Below the pieces are notes generated by a model. The model was not told where the DNA came from, searched no databases, and saw only the letters and a program-made list of their open reading frames with translations. A DNA stretch of 64,000 nucleotides from a virus, in IMG/VR virus record IMGVR_UViG_3300032242_000468, positions 1 to 64,000 of that record; one strand, 5' to 3'. Below, piece after piece: positions 21,501-32,378 of the stretch. How positions within the stretch are numbered: position 1 is the first letter of the stretch; each line of letters starts with the position of its first letter. Made by a program: the position numbers and the translations under genes.

Positions 21501-24266
21501 AATCTGATTGGTAGAACTACCTCTGCTGGTTACAGATTGTAAAGTAGATATATCTGAAATTACTACAATACCAGAACTGGTATTAACAACTATATCAGTA
21601 CCGGTTTGGATTTGTGTAACAGCATGTAATACTATACTGGCTTCAGTAATAACTCTTGAATTTGAATCATATACAGAACCTGCATAGATATTTCCCTTAA
21701 CGCCTAAGCCACCTGAAGTGATAACAACTGCACCTGATGTACTTGCATAACTTTCAATATTAGCACCAAAGAATAGTTGAGAAGTTGTTGTATTACCTCT
21801 ACCTGTAACTGTGGCTAATGTTGAGGTATTCCAGACTGTGACTAGTCCTGTATTTGTGTTTACCGCAGTATCTGTACCTGCATAAAGTGCTGTTAAACCT
21901 TGCTGTGCTAACGTACCTTGAGTAATAACTTGACTACCATTGGCAAAAATATTCTGTGCATACAAATCGCCTTGTATACCAGCACCTCCTGAAACAACTA
22001 AAGCGCCTGTTGTTGTACTAAATGCTCGGTTATTACTATAAACAAATGTTGTACCAGTTGTTACAACTAATCTAGCAGTATTATCAATTAACAGCGATGT
22101 AATACTACCAGTTGTTAAAATTTTAAATCTAGATATCTGACTTCCGTCTTGGAAATTCAGTGTAAACGCAGGATGGTATAACGGAGCACCGGTAGTAGTG
22201 TTGGTATCGGTGATAGTTATACCAGGATAATTACCTGTCAATGACAAATTAGTACCCGCTGTAATGCTTCCACTTAGATTTAAATCACCGCCTGCACCAA
22301 TACCACCGCCAACTATTAGTGTACCAGATGTTGTATTAAGAGAGGCTGTACCATTTGCTAATGTTAAACTACCAAATTTAGCATTTCCAAAACTACCTAA
22401 ACTCAAAAATCCGTTTGTACTGGCTAAGTAAGGACCACCAGGATTTACATTGGTTTTGAACATCAGCGTTTGAGTAGCATTGTCCATACCAAAAAACGCA
22501 TTATTTGCAAATGCTACATTTGATGTTGCTGTAGTGCTGTAGTGGAAAACAAAACCTCTATCAAATCCGTCATTGACTAGTAGAGGAGTAGCATCGGGAC
22601 CTCCGCCTAATTCTATAATAGGATCTACTATATATGAAACAGATGAATCAATATAGGTATATGTACCGAATACTTGTAAATTTCCATAAACTGCCGCACT
22701 ACCACCAACAACTAAATTACGGCCAATACCAACCCCGCCTGATACAACAACTGAACCTTGTGTTGAAGTATTGCTATCTAACGGATTACTAAATGTTATA
22801 ACCTGATTGGTATAACTTCCACGTTGTGTAATACTGTCTAGTGTTGATGTACTGTATACAACAACATCACCAGTTGCTGTGGTTACTACGGTATCAGTAC
22901 CTGCTCGTAATGATGTTACGCCAAATGTTCCTAATGTTGCTTGAGTAACAACTCGACTATTTTGATCATATATTGCAGTACCGTATAAATTACCGCCAAC
23001 TCCTAAACCGCCTGTAATAACAAGAGCACCAGTTGTTGTAGAAATACTGTTTGTAGTGTTGCTGAATAATAAAGCGTTAGAAGTAACAGTACTCCTGTTG
23101 GTAATACTTTGTAGTGTTGCGGTACTATAAATTAAAATTGTACCTGTACTTGCTGATACAAATGTATCTGTGCCTGCTGTTAAAGTTTGTACACCTAGAT
23201 TAGTCAGTGTAAATGTAATTGTTGTCCCACTAGAATTTAAATTACCAATACCAATAAAAGGATCGCTAGTTGGGAAGACATTTGTAACTACTCGTCTATT
23301 AGAATCGTATAATTGCCCAGCAGTTAGACCGCCTGCTACTAGTACTGCATTGGTGCTAGTACTGGTAACAACTAGCGCATTTGTAATTGTTAAAGTTGTA
23401 ATTCTACCAGAACTTGCACTTAGTAAATTAGATACTAAAGAATTTGCTGTTACTGTTCCGCCAACATTTACATCTTGACCTATACCAACACCGCCAGCAA
23501 TAATTACAGCACCCGAGTAAGTTCCTGTAGAATTAAGTAAACTGGTAGATGTAAAAATTCCGCCAACTAAAAGAGCACTTGTTTGAAAGTTTGTTACATT
23601 ACCAAAACTACCAAGGATGTTAAAAATAGAAGCAGTACTGTTTACATATAAATTATTTCCAATACCAACCCCGCCTGCTACAATTAAAGCACCTGTAATT
23701 GTACTTCCGGAAGGTGTGTTGTTGTTGATTATGATAGCATTGGTTGTAGAGTTACCCCTATCAGTTACAGTCTGTAGTGTGCTTGTATTCCATACTGTTA
23801 CAATACCTGTGCTACTACTTACAGCAGTATCTGTTCCTGCAACTAAAGCAGTGACTCCGTAATTCCCTAGTGTTTGTAGTGTAACAACACGGCTGCCTTG
23901 ATCAAATAATGAAGAAGCATATAATGCTCCTTGAATTCCAACACCACCGACTACGGTTAATGCACCAGTTGTTGTAGATGTTGCGCTTGTTGTGCTTAAA
24001 ATGCTAACAGTGTTTGTGGCTGTAAGATTACCACCAACCCATAAATCGCGGCCAATACCTGCCCCACCATAAACAACTAGGCCACCACTATTAGTACCTG
24101 TAGAATTTGTAGATGTGGTAACAATTACTCGATTGGCTGTTAACGGATCAAAACTAGTGATTCCGCTTTGAATTTGCCATCCATTTCCGTTCCATATCCA
24201 GGTACGGTTACCGATTGTATAGGTTTGACCTACATATGGATTTGAGGGAAAGTTTAAATTAGCCAT
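18576..24266 (-). CDS. Giant Ser/Thr/Gly-rich virion fibre protein with repeated STxSTTTGALxVxGGVGIG modules
   Basis: 1896-aa ORF with many GAL(T/V)VxGG(V/L)G(I/V)G and LxAGTDTxVxTxTGxVTxWxTSTLxxVTxRG repeats. Located in the structural cluster. Confidence 0.75.
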   Translation of the reverse strand: MANLNFPSNPYVGQTYTIGNRTWIWNGNGWQIQSGITSFDPLTANRVIVTTSTNSTGTNSGGLVVYGGAGIGRDLWVGGNLTATNTVSILSTTSATSTTTGALTVVGGVGIQGALYASSLFDQGSRVVTLQTLGNYGVTALVAGTDTAVSSSTGIVTVWNTSTLQTVTDRGNSTTNAIIINNNTPSGSTITGALIVAGGVGIGNNLYVNSTASIFNILGSFGNVTNFQTSALLVGGIFTSTSLLNSTGTYSGAVIIAGGVGIGQDVNVGGTVTANSLVSNLLSASSGRITTLTITNALVVTSTSTNAVLVAGGLTAGQLYDSNRRVVTNVFPTSDPFIGIGNLNSSGTTITFTLTNLGVQTLTAGTDTFVSASTGTILIYSTATLQSITNRSTVTSNALLFSNTTNSISTTTGALVITGGLGVGGNLYGTAIYDQNSRVVTQATLGTFGVTSLRAGTDTVVTTATGDVVVYSTSTLDSITQRGSYTNQVITFSNPLDSNTSTQGSVVVSGGVGIGRNLVVGGSAAVYGNLQVFGTYTYIDSSVSYIVDPIIELGGGPDATPLLVNDGFDRGFVFHYSTTATSNVAFANNAFFGMDNATQTLMFKTNVNPGGPYLASTNGFLSLGSFGNAKFGSLTLANGTASLNTTSGTLIVGGGIGAGGDLNLSGSITAGTNLSLTGNYPGITITDTNTTTGAPLYHPAFTLNFQDGSQISRFKILTTGSITSLLIDNTARLVVTTGTTFVYSNNRAFSTTTGALVVSGGAGIQGDLYAQNIFANGSQVITQGTLAQQGLTALYAGTDTAVNTNTGLVTVWNTSTLATVTGRGNTTTSQLFFGANIESYASTSGAVVITSGGLGVKGNIYAGSVYDSNSRVITEASIVLHAVTQIQTGTDIVVNTSSGIVVISDISTLQSVTSRGSSTNQIITLTNPTSSTGSTNGALVVTGGVGISGNINVNGGASINNGMTVFGGYSVFNYNTQTEIPANPLGGLALSNNASGGSNEIDFYNLYPAPSVSFEWLQSQTSTTATILMKLLPSGELDVTGPIFTQGAQVLTTSSIGSYGVTKITTGSGISINPPTGVGQVQISSIDTLQNVTDRGNSTTDDIRFLSVTVSTSTNSGALTVGGGVGIGGSLYVANTVTSAQIVTGGIINTGTLLVNGTATFTSIVQSISPLTGAVTIAGGLGVNGSIYSGQGVYDRGQRVVTTVLPTAGTGTSVTIISSTGTTATFSINNTGVLSITAGTDTVVSTSTGAVTIWDNSTLESVTSRGAISDRIITLNNGQDATSSTYATLIVSGGVGISKSLVVGGNTAIYGNLQVFGQQTFVNSTQTYIVDPVIELGAGAQNTALTVNDGFDRGLILHYNTTATANTLYDNHAFLGMDNATQVLVYKTNVYPGGTETYTPSFANTGTFGRAKFGGLTLIGGTASTSTNTGDLIVLGGIGVGGDVNVNGSLTVNGQSVLTGGGGSGGSGGYVSNLIAGTDTAISTSTGAITIWGTSTLESVTSRGSSTHQLITILNATNAISPTSGALQVVGGLGVGSDGYFAGKLVTQNATQAVSSTTGALVVTGGVGVGGNIFVAGALTATSAIIAGSSATIYLPTTGGIYNEGISGNQVLQIATNNLGQGIGLWTAGASYNTVYSSGGINFSTNATMTSRSAPTTGTIAVSIDLSGNLYAKSGTQSLDTASGALIVAGGVGISKDVNIGGNTHIQAITVSTGTTNGALTVGGGAGIAGDVYIGGNNLAVGGGATTRGITGSKIFANGAFATAGDSQAGIYVLRRQITGSAFTNLTTDNATPGTTNQLVMPDNSTYSFSILVSAKSTTSLDEGAWQFNGVISRYNGAATTVMKVVNKTKIWSSNPTWDCQIIADSTTGGLFVQGKGDGANTLRFVANVQTSEVTN

Positions 24267-24277
24267 ATCTTATTTAA

Positions 24278-27220
24278 TTACACACCTGTGAATTGTATCC
24301 AGTAAAAATTAGTACCATCTTGAATCCATTGATACTCTACACCAATGCTTGGATCGATCCAAAAATCTCCTACATTATTAGTAGCCGTTGTTGGTGGCAT
24401 TGTTGATACAGTAATCTTTGTATTGTATAAAGGATTACCTTGTGCACTATAAACATTTCCACCTACATGTAAATCGCCGCCTATACCAACACCACCTGCT
24501 ACAACAATTGCACCCGTTGTTGTGCTAGTCGATGCTGTAAGATTAGGCGAAGTAAACACACCAGTATATAAGAAACTACCATTTACTTGTAATCCGCTTT
24601 CAATAGTAGTTAACAATCCTGACGGATTAATTCTCAAATCACCAGCAAGTGTGGAAATTGAATTTGAAGATAGTAGTAATGTACCAACCTGAATACTAGT
24701 GGGTTGTAAAATAGAAGCATTAACACCATCGCTAATTGTTAAACTTGAAACAGGTCCTAGTTTAAAGTTAGCAGTTCCAAAATCAACATTACCTGTACGT
24801 TGATTAATACGGAATTGATCGCCTACACGGAAATCACCTAAATGGTCAACAGTTTGATAGTAAACCTTAGCACCATTTATTTTGTAAATTTCTTGTGTTT
24901 GTATGGCTAGATTGGGATTGTCTGTTAAGTCACCACCACTTCCAACATAACTCATGTTGAAAGCAATTAATTTTAAATCAACACCTGCACCATCTGCATA
25001 GACACCGTAGTTACCAAATACAGCCGCACTACCAATACAGCGTAGTTCAGCACCAAACTGATGATAATCTGCTAGGGTAATTTGATTTGCTTGTCCTAGT
25101 TTTGTAGCATTGTAAGCACCAGCAGTGGAGTATACAATCTGTGTAGCATTACCATCGTCTGTAATAACTGAACTACCGTCTGCTCCGTCACCGTGAATCA
25201 ATATTGCTGTCGCTAAATCGCTAGCAAACGCTGTAGTTGGTTGAGCAAATCCTGCTGTATATCTGTATGTAGTACTGACACGTATTTCATCTAAGTATCC
25301 ACCTAGATATAATGTACCGTCTGACTCTTCTCCGCCAATTGTAAGTGGGTCACCGTTAGTTACATTGGCAACAGATGTAAATGTTGCTTCTAAATTACCA
25401 TCTAAGAACAGACGTATATTATTAGAAGGATCTCTACACATAGCAACATGGTGCCACGTACCTGTACTAATACTGTTAGTACCTGTGAATACGGTTGTTC
25501 CGTGTTGGCCTGTTATTTTATTATTAGCATCTATATACAATCCAAAAGTTGTACTAGGAATAATACCTTTATTGAATATCTGTTGACGTCTATTGTGATC
25601 GTTTAGGAAAACTTCTGCTTCAATTGTGAAAGGGCCTGTATCAAACTGTAAATCAGTAGCATTGACCAGTGATAATAAATCGCCATTGGCTTGAAATAAT
25701 ACAGAACCTGTTCCAAATTTTCTTTGGAAAGAACTAATACGAGGATTTCCAAATACGTTAACAACTTTTGGTGTGCGGTCTGCCGCTTCAACAAAGCCTG
25801 GAGCATTACTCTTGATGTAGATATAATTACCGTTTACTTCATCAATTAACCCATTTGCGGCAATAGTACCTGTTGAACTAATATAGTATAAATTTTGTCC
25901 TGCGGCAAAAGTACCTGTACTAATGTTTAACGATAATCTTACGCGACCTTGGCCGCCCCAACCTTCTTGGCCAGCATAGGCATAAACTCCTTTGTCGGCA
26001 AAATAAGTAAATCCATTTAATAATTCTGAACGAGTACCGTTAGTCAATACAATAGCGTTAGCGCCTGGTGTAATAAATGTTGCTTCGTTGAATAAAACAG
26101 CAGGCTCGATACTTGATGTACTAACAAATTGTCCATCAAAAAATCCACCGCCACCTGCATCATTACTGGCATAACCATATGGATCAGTTGCTGTACGTAC
26201 ACTACCTCTTGTTAAAACTGTAAAGCGTTCAATGTAAGGAGAACGAAGGCTAATAGTAGCAGTAGTTTCAGCAAATTTGAACGCATAACCTGGTTTATAA
26301 AAATTACCAACAGTAAAATCGCTGATTGTGGTTCCACCATTTAGGTAGAAAGCAGTTTGTGTATTGGTTGCGGTAGTTGGTTGAACAAATACTTCACGAA
26401 GTCCAGCACCTTTAACAGCAACACCTTCAGGTATTGTTAAAGGAAAATCTTCAGTAAAAGTTCCAGGTAATAGATTAACTGTATCGCCACTATTAGCAAC
26501 ACTAAATGCTTTTGCAATTGTCTTAAATGGATCCAGATGTCTTAAGCCTGTATTTGTATCACTGCCTACTAATGGATCGACATAGTACGAGTTTTGATTG
26601 TATGCTAAAAGATCAACACCTTGAACTGTGGCAGTATTAAGAACAACTAAATTTTGGAATGTAGCAGTATTAAGAACTCCAACATTTTGAGCGTATAAAT
26701 TAGCCCAATAACTTGTTGTAGAACCAATACTAAATCTATTATTATATTTTGGAATTAAATCTGAATTAATTTCAGATTCAATTGTTAAAGAATCTGTGCT
26801 GGTATTATTACCTAATACAATATTACCGTTAGCAGTGATGTTGCCTTGAGCAGTAATACTACCTTGTACCTGTAAATCACCTCCAATACCTACACCGCCA
26901 GTTACTACCAATGCGCCTTCTGTTGCAGTAGTAGAATTTGTTACATTATCAATGTAGATATTACCGCCTACACCAATACCGCCGCGAACCCTCAGAGCGC
27001 CCGATGTGCTACCTGTACTCAATACAAGAGGAAGAATATCTACAGAACTAAATGCTGTGACTGTACCGGTGAATGCTGTACGACCACCAATATTAACATC
27101 TTCAGTGATGCCTACACCACCGTAGACAACTGCGGCACCCGAAACCGTGCTAGTTGATGTCGCAGTTAGATGGTTAAGAACCGTCAGACCGTTCTTAACA
27201 ACGAAGTTACTTTGTGCCAT
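24278..27220 (-). CDS. Virion fibre protein: beta-helix (pectin-lyase-like) scaffold with an inserted LamG/concanavalin-like domain
   Basis: YYVDPLVGSDTNTG..PFKTIAKA. LamG motifs FTIEAEV...WHHVAM.R....RLFLDG...GYLDEIRVS...RY. Confidence 0.75.
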   Translation of the reverse strand: MAQSNFVVKNGLTVLNHLTATSTSTVSGAAVVYGGVGITEDVNIGGRTAFTGTVTAFSSVDILPLVLSTGSTSGALRVRGGIGVGGNIYIDNVTNSTTATEGALVVTGGVGIGGDLQVQGSITAQGNITANGNIVLGNNTSTDSLTIESEINSDLIPKYNNRFSIGSTTSYWANLYAQNVGVLNTATFQNLVVLNTATVQGVDLLAYNQNSYYVDPLVGSDTNTGLRHLDPFKTIAKAFSVANSGDTVNLLPGTFTEDFPLTIPEGVAVKGAGLREVFVQPTTATNTQTAFYLNGGTTISDFTVGNFYKPGYAFKFAETTATISLRSPYIERFTVLTRGSVRTATDPYGYASNDAGGGGFFDGQFVSTSSIEPAVLFNEATFITPGANAIVLTNGTRSELLNGFTYFADKGVYAYAGQEGWGGQGRVRLSLNISTGTFAAGQNLYYISSTGTIAANGLIDEVNGNYIYIKSNAPGFVEAADRTPKVVNVFGNPRISSFQRKFGTGSVLFQANGDLLSLVNATDLQFDTGPFTIEAEVFLNDHNRRQQIFNKGIIPSTTFGLYIDANNKITGQHGTTVFTGTNSISTGTWHHVAMCRDPSNNIRLFLDGNLEATFTSVANVTNGDPLTIGGEESDGTLYLGGYLDEIRVSTTYRYTAGFAQPTTAFASDLATAILIHGDGADGSSVITDDGNATQIVYSTAGAYNATKLGQANQITLADYHQFGAELRCIGSAAVFGNYGVYADGAGVDLKLIAFNMSYVGSGGDLTDNPNLAIQTQEIYKINGAKVYYQTVDHLGDFRVGDQFRINQRTGNVDFGTANFKLGPVSSLTISDGVNASILQPTSIQVGTLLLSSNSISTLAGDLRINPSGLLTTIESGLQVNGSFLYTGVFTSPNLTASTSTTTGAIVVAGGVGIGGDLHVGGNVYSAQGNPLYNTKITVSTMPPTTATNNVGDFWIDPSIGVEYQWIQDGTNFYWIQFTGV

Positions 27221-27266
27221 TCAGATTCACTCTCCTCTTTCCGGCTGGATTAAATTGTATTGGTAT

Positions 27267-30200
27267 TTATGACGATGTAATTGCTGTTCGTAACACTTGG
27301 ATAGCCATGTTTGTTGGGACATAGTTAGGTGTAAACACAATATTAATTAAACCACCGTTATAAACAGCATCAAAATTTCCTAGTTCGCCTGTGTTGTTAA
27401 CAATACCGTATTCGGATATGTAAGCGCCATTTGTTTGTGCGCTGCCATCATAAGCAATCATAATCTCTTCAACATGGAATCTATTTGGAACGTATCCTGT
27501 ATCAATAATCTGTACAATATATTTGGCAGTTCTAAAAGCACCTGCGTTAAATGTATCTATTGTAATTTGGCTATTAGAAGCAATACCTACTGTGCTTGTA
27601 GAAGCAATTTGGTTGTTTACAATCTGAACTGTAACACCTTTAACAGTAGCACCTGAAGTAATACTACCACCGGCACCAATACCACCTGTGACAACTAAAG
27701 CACCTGAATTAGTTGAACCGTTATTAACTGAGTTAGAACCAATTTTAACCTGACCATCATTGACCCATAAGGCCCATTGATTAGCCGCCGCCGCTCCGCC
27801 AACTATAGTAGGCGAATTTTCAATGAATAATGTAGCAATATCTCGCCAAGTTGGGTTCAATGTGCCTACTAGATTAGGTTTATTGATACTGTGTATTACT
27901 GCTGTACCGGCATTAATACCAACCGATGTTAAATCTGTATAAGTGCTAGTTGATAGTTGTAAGCCTGGACCATTTACAGTCCATTTGTTGGCCTGTACAT
28001 CGCCTACTCGTTTAACACTACCTGCTACATAGAGGCCGCCACCGACACCAACTCCACCCCAAACTTCTAATGCTCCAGATCCTGTTGTACTAGAAACAGT
28101 AGTAGTTGATAGAATGTGTGTATTGCCGCCGATCCATGTGTCTAAACCAATACCAACACCGCCGGCAACAACTAAATCACCAAATGTTGTTCCTGTTGAT
28201 TGAGAACCACTATTAACACTTGCTGTGTTAATATTAATTCTTGTGGCATTAATAGTTTGAGCAACACCTAAACCACCTGCAATAGTTACAGCACCAACAC
28301 TTCTTGAAGGACTATCTTGTGTACCAAGAACAACTAGATTATTGTCAACTTCTAAATTAGTACCAACTCGTGCACTTTGACCAATGTCTAATATACCACC
28401 AAGCCAGACATCTTGAGCAATGCCAACACCGCCCGCTACAGTAAATGCACCACCTGAACTTGTAAATGCGTTACCTGAGTTTATAAATGCTACTGGGCCG
28501 CCTACATTTAAGTTGCCGCCAATACCAACACCACCTACAACTGTTAATGCACCACTACCAGTATTGTTAGATGTTTGATTGCTCCATACATATGCAGTAC
28601 CTGTAGTAACAAAAGTACCGCCCATGTTTAAATTGCCACCTAAACCTAAGCCACCGTCAATAATAATAGCACCTGTAGTGGTGCTTGTTGACTGTGTTAA
28701 ATTAGTAAAGTGGAAAGTTAGTGTAAAAACACCACCAATTGTTCCGTTAATTGTTCCTGTAGTAAGAACTTGAGAATTACCAACATACGCGGCTTGTTCA
28801 GCATATAAGTATTTTGCACCAACACCACCATTAGGAACATAAACTGTGTTTCCTGTTGTAGTTGTTAGATTATAATTGTATCCTAAGAATGTTGTATCAG
28901 TACTGAATACGTTTGTCTTACCAGAACTAATTCCGCCTGGTACAATTAACGCACCTGTTCCTGGAACTGTTGCAGGTGTACTATCGTGTAGTATTAACGA
29001 TCCTGCTTCTAGAGTTGCCCAAGAACCTGTTGTGTACAATTGAGTAATATCTACAAATCCATTGGCATTAGGTAGAATATTATTCTTTAAGAAGAAATGT
29101 TGAGCAGTATGATCAAGACCAATAATTGCTCTGTAGTCTGTTAGTGTGCTGACATTAGGTTGATAGTGGATCATCAATCCTTTATCATAGATGTCAGGAG
29201 TTTGTAGCATTGAACCATCAACACCACCACCAATATCAATAACAGGATCAACAATATAGGTATTTGTACTATCAACAACAACTTGTTTACCAGTACCTAA
29301 TAACAATAAATCACCACGGATAACAGCGTTTCCGTTTACCGTTATATCTTTTCCGATACTAACACCACCAGCAACTACAACCGCATTAGTTGCTGTTGTA
29401 CCAGTAGAACTGATTGAGGAACCAATAATTAAGTTTTGTCCAATGCCAACACCGCCGGCAACAACCAATGGTGCTACCGCAGAAGATTGAGCAACTGATG
29501 CATCTGCTACAACTATGTCCTGTGCCCAAATAGTATTAGCAACGCCAAGACCGCCGTTGATAATTACTGAACCAGATTGTGTATTTGATGCATCTATCTG
29601 AGCATTAAAGTATGCTTGTCCACCAAAGTAGCCAGTTCCACTAACACCTAGACCACCGCCATTGGTAACTTGTAAACTATTTCCAGTGTAATTTGTTAAA
29701 TTAAATGTGCCGGATGTAAAGAATCCGTTCTGAGCATATAGATCTTGCCCAACACCTAAGCCGCCTGCCAGTGTAAGAGCACCAGTACTTGTACTTGTGG
29801 CATTAATTGTACTTAAGAATGTACCTGTTCCTAAACCTACAATACGTCCGCCGACATAGATGTTGCCAGAAATACCAGCACCACCGCCATTTCTTAATTG
29901 TAAAGCACCAGTGCTTGTACTAATTGCTTGAGTAGCAGTTAATAAAATTAATTCATTAGGAAATTGTTGTTGTCCGTTGTTAGCAGTGGCTCGTGTTAAG
30001 ATTTCACTACTATTGATATTATATGTACCGTATAAATTACCGCCGCCGTAACCAACAATTCCGTTATTGAAACCAAAACCGCCTTGTACTTGTAAGGCTT
30101 CGTTGGCAAATGTTGTTGTACTACCTCTTGTTTCTCCAATATATACTGTACCTGATGTAATATAAAGTGAGTAGGGATTAACAATTGATAGATTACTACT

Positions 30201-30551
30201 TGCTGTACTAGGAGCGCCGTTGATGTAAACGCTAGCCGCATTAGTTACTGTAACGTTTGTATTGGTTGCATCTAATAATGGTTGACCAAAATAATTAACA
30301 ATTTCCCAAGGAACTAGGCCAGTACTAGAAATATCAGTGTATGTATTGTCACTAAAACGTAAAGCCGCACCATTAGAAAATACATTATCGCTTATTGGTC
30401 CAACACGACCAATGTAACCTTGTACATTTAAGTTACCACCAATACCAGCGCCACCGGCAACTTGTAAAGCACCTGAATATGTATTAGACGAGACAGCGGT
30501 TCCTTCAACTGTCAGGCCATATTTTAATACGAAATCTTTATTCAGTGCCAT
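27267..30551 (-). CDS. Ser/Thr/Gly-rich virion fibre protein
   Basis: GALxVxGGVGIG repeats. C-terminal IDTF....FRTAKYIVQI...EYG domain shared with 30575..32377. Confidence 0.75.
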   Translation of the reverse strand: MALNKDFVLKYGLTVEGTAVSSNTYSGALQVAGGAGIGGNLNVQGYIGRVGPISDNVFSNGAALRFSDNTYTDISSTGLVPWEIVNYFGQPLLDATNTNVTVTNAASVYINGAPSTASSNLSIVNPYSLYITSGTVYIGETRGSTTTFANEALQVQGGFGFNNGIVGYGGGNLYGTYNINSSEILTRATANNGQQQFPNELILLTATQAISTSTGALQLRNGGGAGISGNIYVGGRIVGLGTGTFLSTINATSTSTGALTLAGGLGVGQDLYAQNGFFTSGTFNLTNYTGNSLQVTNGGGLGVSGTGYFGGQAYFNAQIDASNTQSGSVIINGGLGVANTIWAQDIVVADASVAQSSAVAPLVVAGGVGIGQNLIIGSSISSTGTTATNAVVVAGGVSIGKDITVNGNAVIRGDLLLLGTGKQVVVDSTNTYIVDPVIDIGGGVDGSMLQTPDIYDKGLMIHYQPNVSTLTDYRAIIGLDHTAQHFFLKNNILPNANGFVDITQLYTTGSWATLEAGSLILHDSTPATVPGTGALIVPGGISSGKTNVFSTDTTFLGYNYNLTTTTGNTVYVPNGGVGAKYLYAEQAAYVGNSQVLTTGTINGTIGGVFTLTFHFTNLTQSTSTTTGAIIIDGGLGLGGNLNMGGTFVTTGTAYVWSNQTSNNTGSGALTVVGGVGIGGNLNVGGPVAFINSGNAFTSSGGAFTVAGGVGIAQDVWLGGILDIGQSARVGTNLEVDNNLVVLGTQDSPSRSVGAVTIAGGLGVAQTINATRININTASVNSGSQSTGTTFGDLVVAGGVGIGLDTWIGGNTHILSTTTVSSTTGSGALEVWGGVGVGGGLYVAGSVKRVGDVQANKWTVNGPGLQLSTSTYTDLTSVGINAGTAVIHSINKPNLVGTLNPTWRDIATLFIENSPTIVGGAAAANQWALWVNDGQVKIGSNSVNNGSTNSGALVVTGGIGAGGSITSGATVKGVTVQIVNNQIASTSTVGIASNSQITIDTFNAGAFRTAKYIVQIIDTGYVPNRFHVEEIMIAYDGSAQTNGAYISEYGIVNNTGELGNFDAVYNGGLINIVFTPNYVPTNMAIQVLRTAITSS

Positions 30552-30574
30552 TTCTTATTCCTTGTAATACATGA

Positions 30575-32377
30575 TTAAATTGTTATGCTCGTTCTAGCAA
30601 TCTTCATAGTCTTATTGCTTGGTGTATAGGCTGAAAATAATAATCTTATCAACCCATTACCTCCTGCATTATAGTCTACAGTAAAAACCCCTTTTTCACC
30701 AGCAGTTGCGATAATACCGTATTCTGATTTGTAAACATTACCTGAATTGTCGTATAATATCACAATTTCCCTCACTTCGAAACTTGCTGTCGGTCCTGTC
30801 CCGTCAGTTATTTGAACGAGACTCTTTGTAGTCCTATAATTCAGTGCCGGCCAACTGTCAACCACTGTAGTACTTGTGTTATTTATGCTGGTGGCACGAG
30901 TAAACAGTTGAGCGTCCTTAAATTGGATACTACCATTAACTTGGAGTTTATCTACTCCGTTATCTGACTGCTGTCCTACAAGTAAATTACCAGTAGTTTT
31001 TACGACCGCTAGTCTATAAGTTGAATTTTTATCGTCATAAAGAGTTAAACTACCTTCACGTAGACTTGTACCGCCCTGACCAGCGGCATTGTTACCGCCT
31101 ACATTCCAAGTATAACTCTGTCCGTTTGTAGCAGTATTGCGCATACGGAAATAAACACTGTCAACAATCTTAGGACTTTCGAGTGTTAAACTTTTTCCAA
31201 TATAAACATCACCACCAATACCCACACCACCAAGTACTTTTAGAGCACCTGTATATGTGTTATAAGCACTTTCAATGTTAGCAACATAGAACGGATCTGT
31301 AATTTGTCCGCCGTTCCAGTAAGGATTGTTAAGAGGAACTCCGTCAACATAAACTGCGCGAGCATAGATTGAGCCGTTAACACCCATACCGCCTGCTACC
31401 AACATAGCCGCAGAGAACGTTGAAGTGGCACTTGTAGCGTTTGTTACCTGTGTAATACCTGCAATATTTGTGTTGCTAGAAAATGTAGCAAATCCCCCAG
31501 CAGTAATGTTGCCTCCGGCATTAATATCTCCGCCTACACCAACCCCGCCTGCTATTACTACTGCTCCAGTTGTTGTGCTAACACTTGAATCAGTACCAGT
31601 AACTGACAGTTTTTTAACTTGGAATGTACCCGATGAATATAAATCAGTAAAATATCCTACATTAGGAGTAATTGTTCCAATAGGACTATCGTCAATAAGT
31701 TTTTTGGTTACTGCTTGGTTAGGTACATTATCACCAACAATCTGATACCAATTGACAGGGTCAACATCTAGTACATTCTGTGATTCAAAATCAGTATAGA
31801 AATAACGGCCAGCATAAGCAGTTCCAGAACTAACGTTAACAATAGCACCAGCCATTTTATCTGCTGTATTATCGTCTGTAGTTCTTGACCATGTACCATT
31901 ATATCCTACACCTAGGTAAGTGATATAATAGATACCATTTTCAGCAGGATTATCCTGAGCACGAACTAGGATACGATCTAAATAGGACGCATCATATCCA
32001 CTAACAGTTATAGGAGCACCACCGACAAGTACAATGTTTGCAGTAGTAGCGGCCTTCACCGGGCCTTTGAATGCGGTGTTGGCCTGTAGATCAGGAATAT
32101 ACGTTGGACCTAAAATATAGTTTCCACCAGTTCCTTGTGATACAATAACATTATTACCATCCGGAATAATTGTCTGCATGTAGGAACTAGTATTACTAAA
32201 AGTAAAATTAAATTTACCTAATGTAGTTGCATAAACTGTTTGGCTATTAGCGGTAATAATTGTATAACCAGTCGAAGTTGTAGGGCTGTTACCCAAAGCC
32301 GCCTGTGTTTTGTTTAGTGTAATAAATCCAGATTTTGAACTAGGATTTTTTACTGCACCGCTTAATAAATTAGCCAT
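30575..32377 (-). CDS. Virion fibre/adaptor protein
   Basis: Common phage fibre module VKAATTANI.L.G...DRILVRAQDNPAENGIY...WSRT.D, GGVG repeats, and a C-terminal domain shared with the neighbouring gene. Confidence 0.75.
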   Translation of the reverse strand: MANLLSGAVKNPSSKSGFITLNKTQAALGNSPTTSTGYTIITANSQTVYATTLGKFNFTFSNTSSYMQTIIPDGNNVIVSQGTGGNYILGPTYIPDLQANTAFKGPVKAATTANIVLVGGAPITVSGYDASYLDRILVRAQDNPAENGIYYITYLGVGYNGTWSRTTDDNTADKMAGAIVNVSSGTAYAGRYFYTDFESQNVLDVDPVNWYQIVGDNVPNQAVTKKLIDDSPIGTITPNVGYFTDLYSSGTFQVKKLSVTGTDSSVSTTTGAVVIAGGVGVGGDINAGGNITAGGFATFSSNTNIAGITQVTNATSATSTFSAAMLVAGGMGVNGSIYARAVYVDGVPLNNPYWNGGQITDPFYVANIESAYNTYTGALKVLGGVGIGGDVYIGKSLTLESPKIVDSVYFRMRNTATNGQSYTWNVGGNNAAGQGGTSLREGSLTLYDDKNSTYRLAVVKTTGNLLVGQQSDNGVDKLQVNGSIQFKDAQLFTRATSINNTSTTVVDSWPALNYRTTKSLVQITDGTGPTASFEVREIVILYDNSGNVYKSEYGIIATAGEKGVFTVDYNAGGNGLIRLLFSAYTPSNKTMKIARTSITI

Positions 32378-32378
32378 C

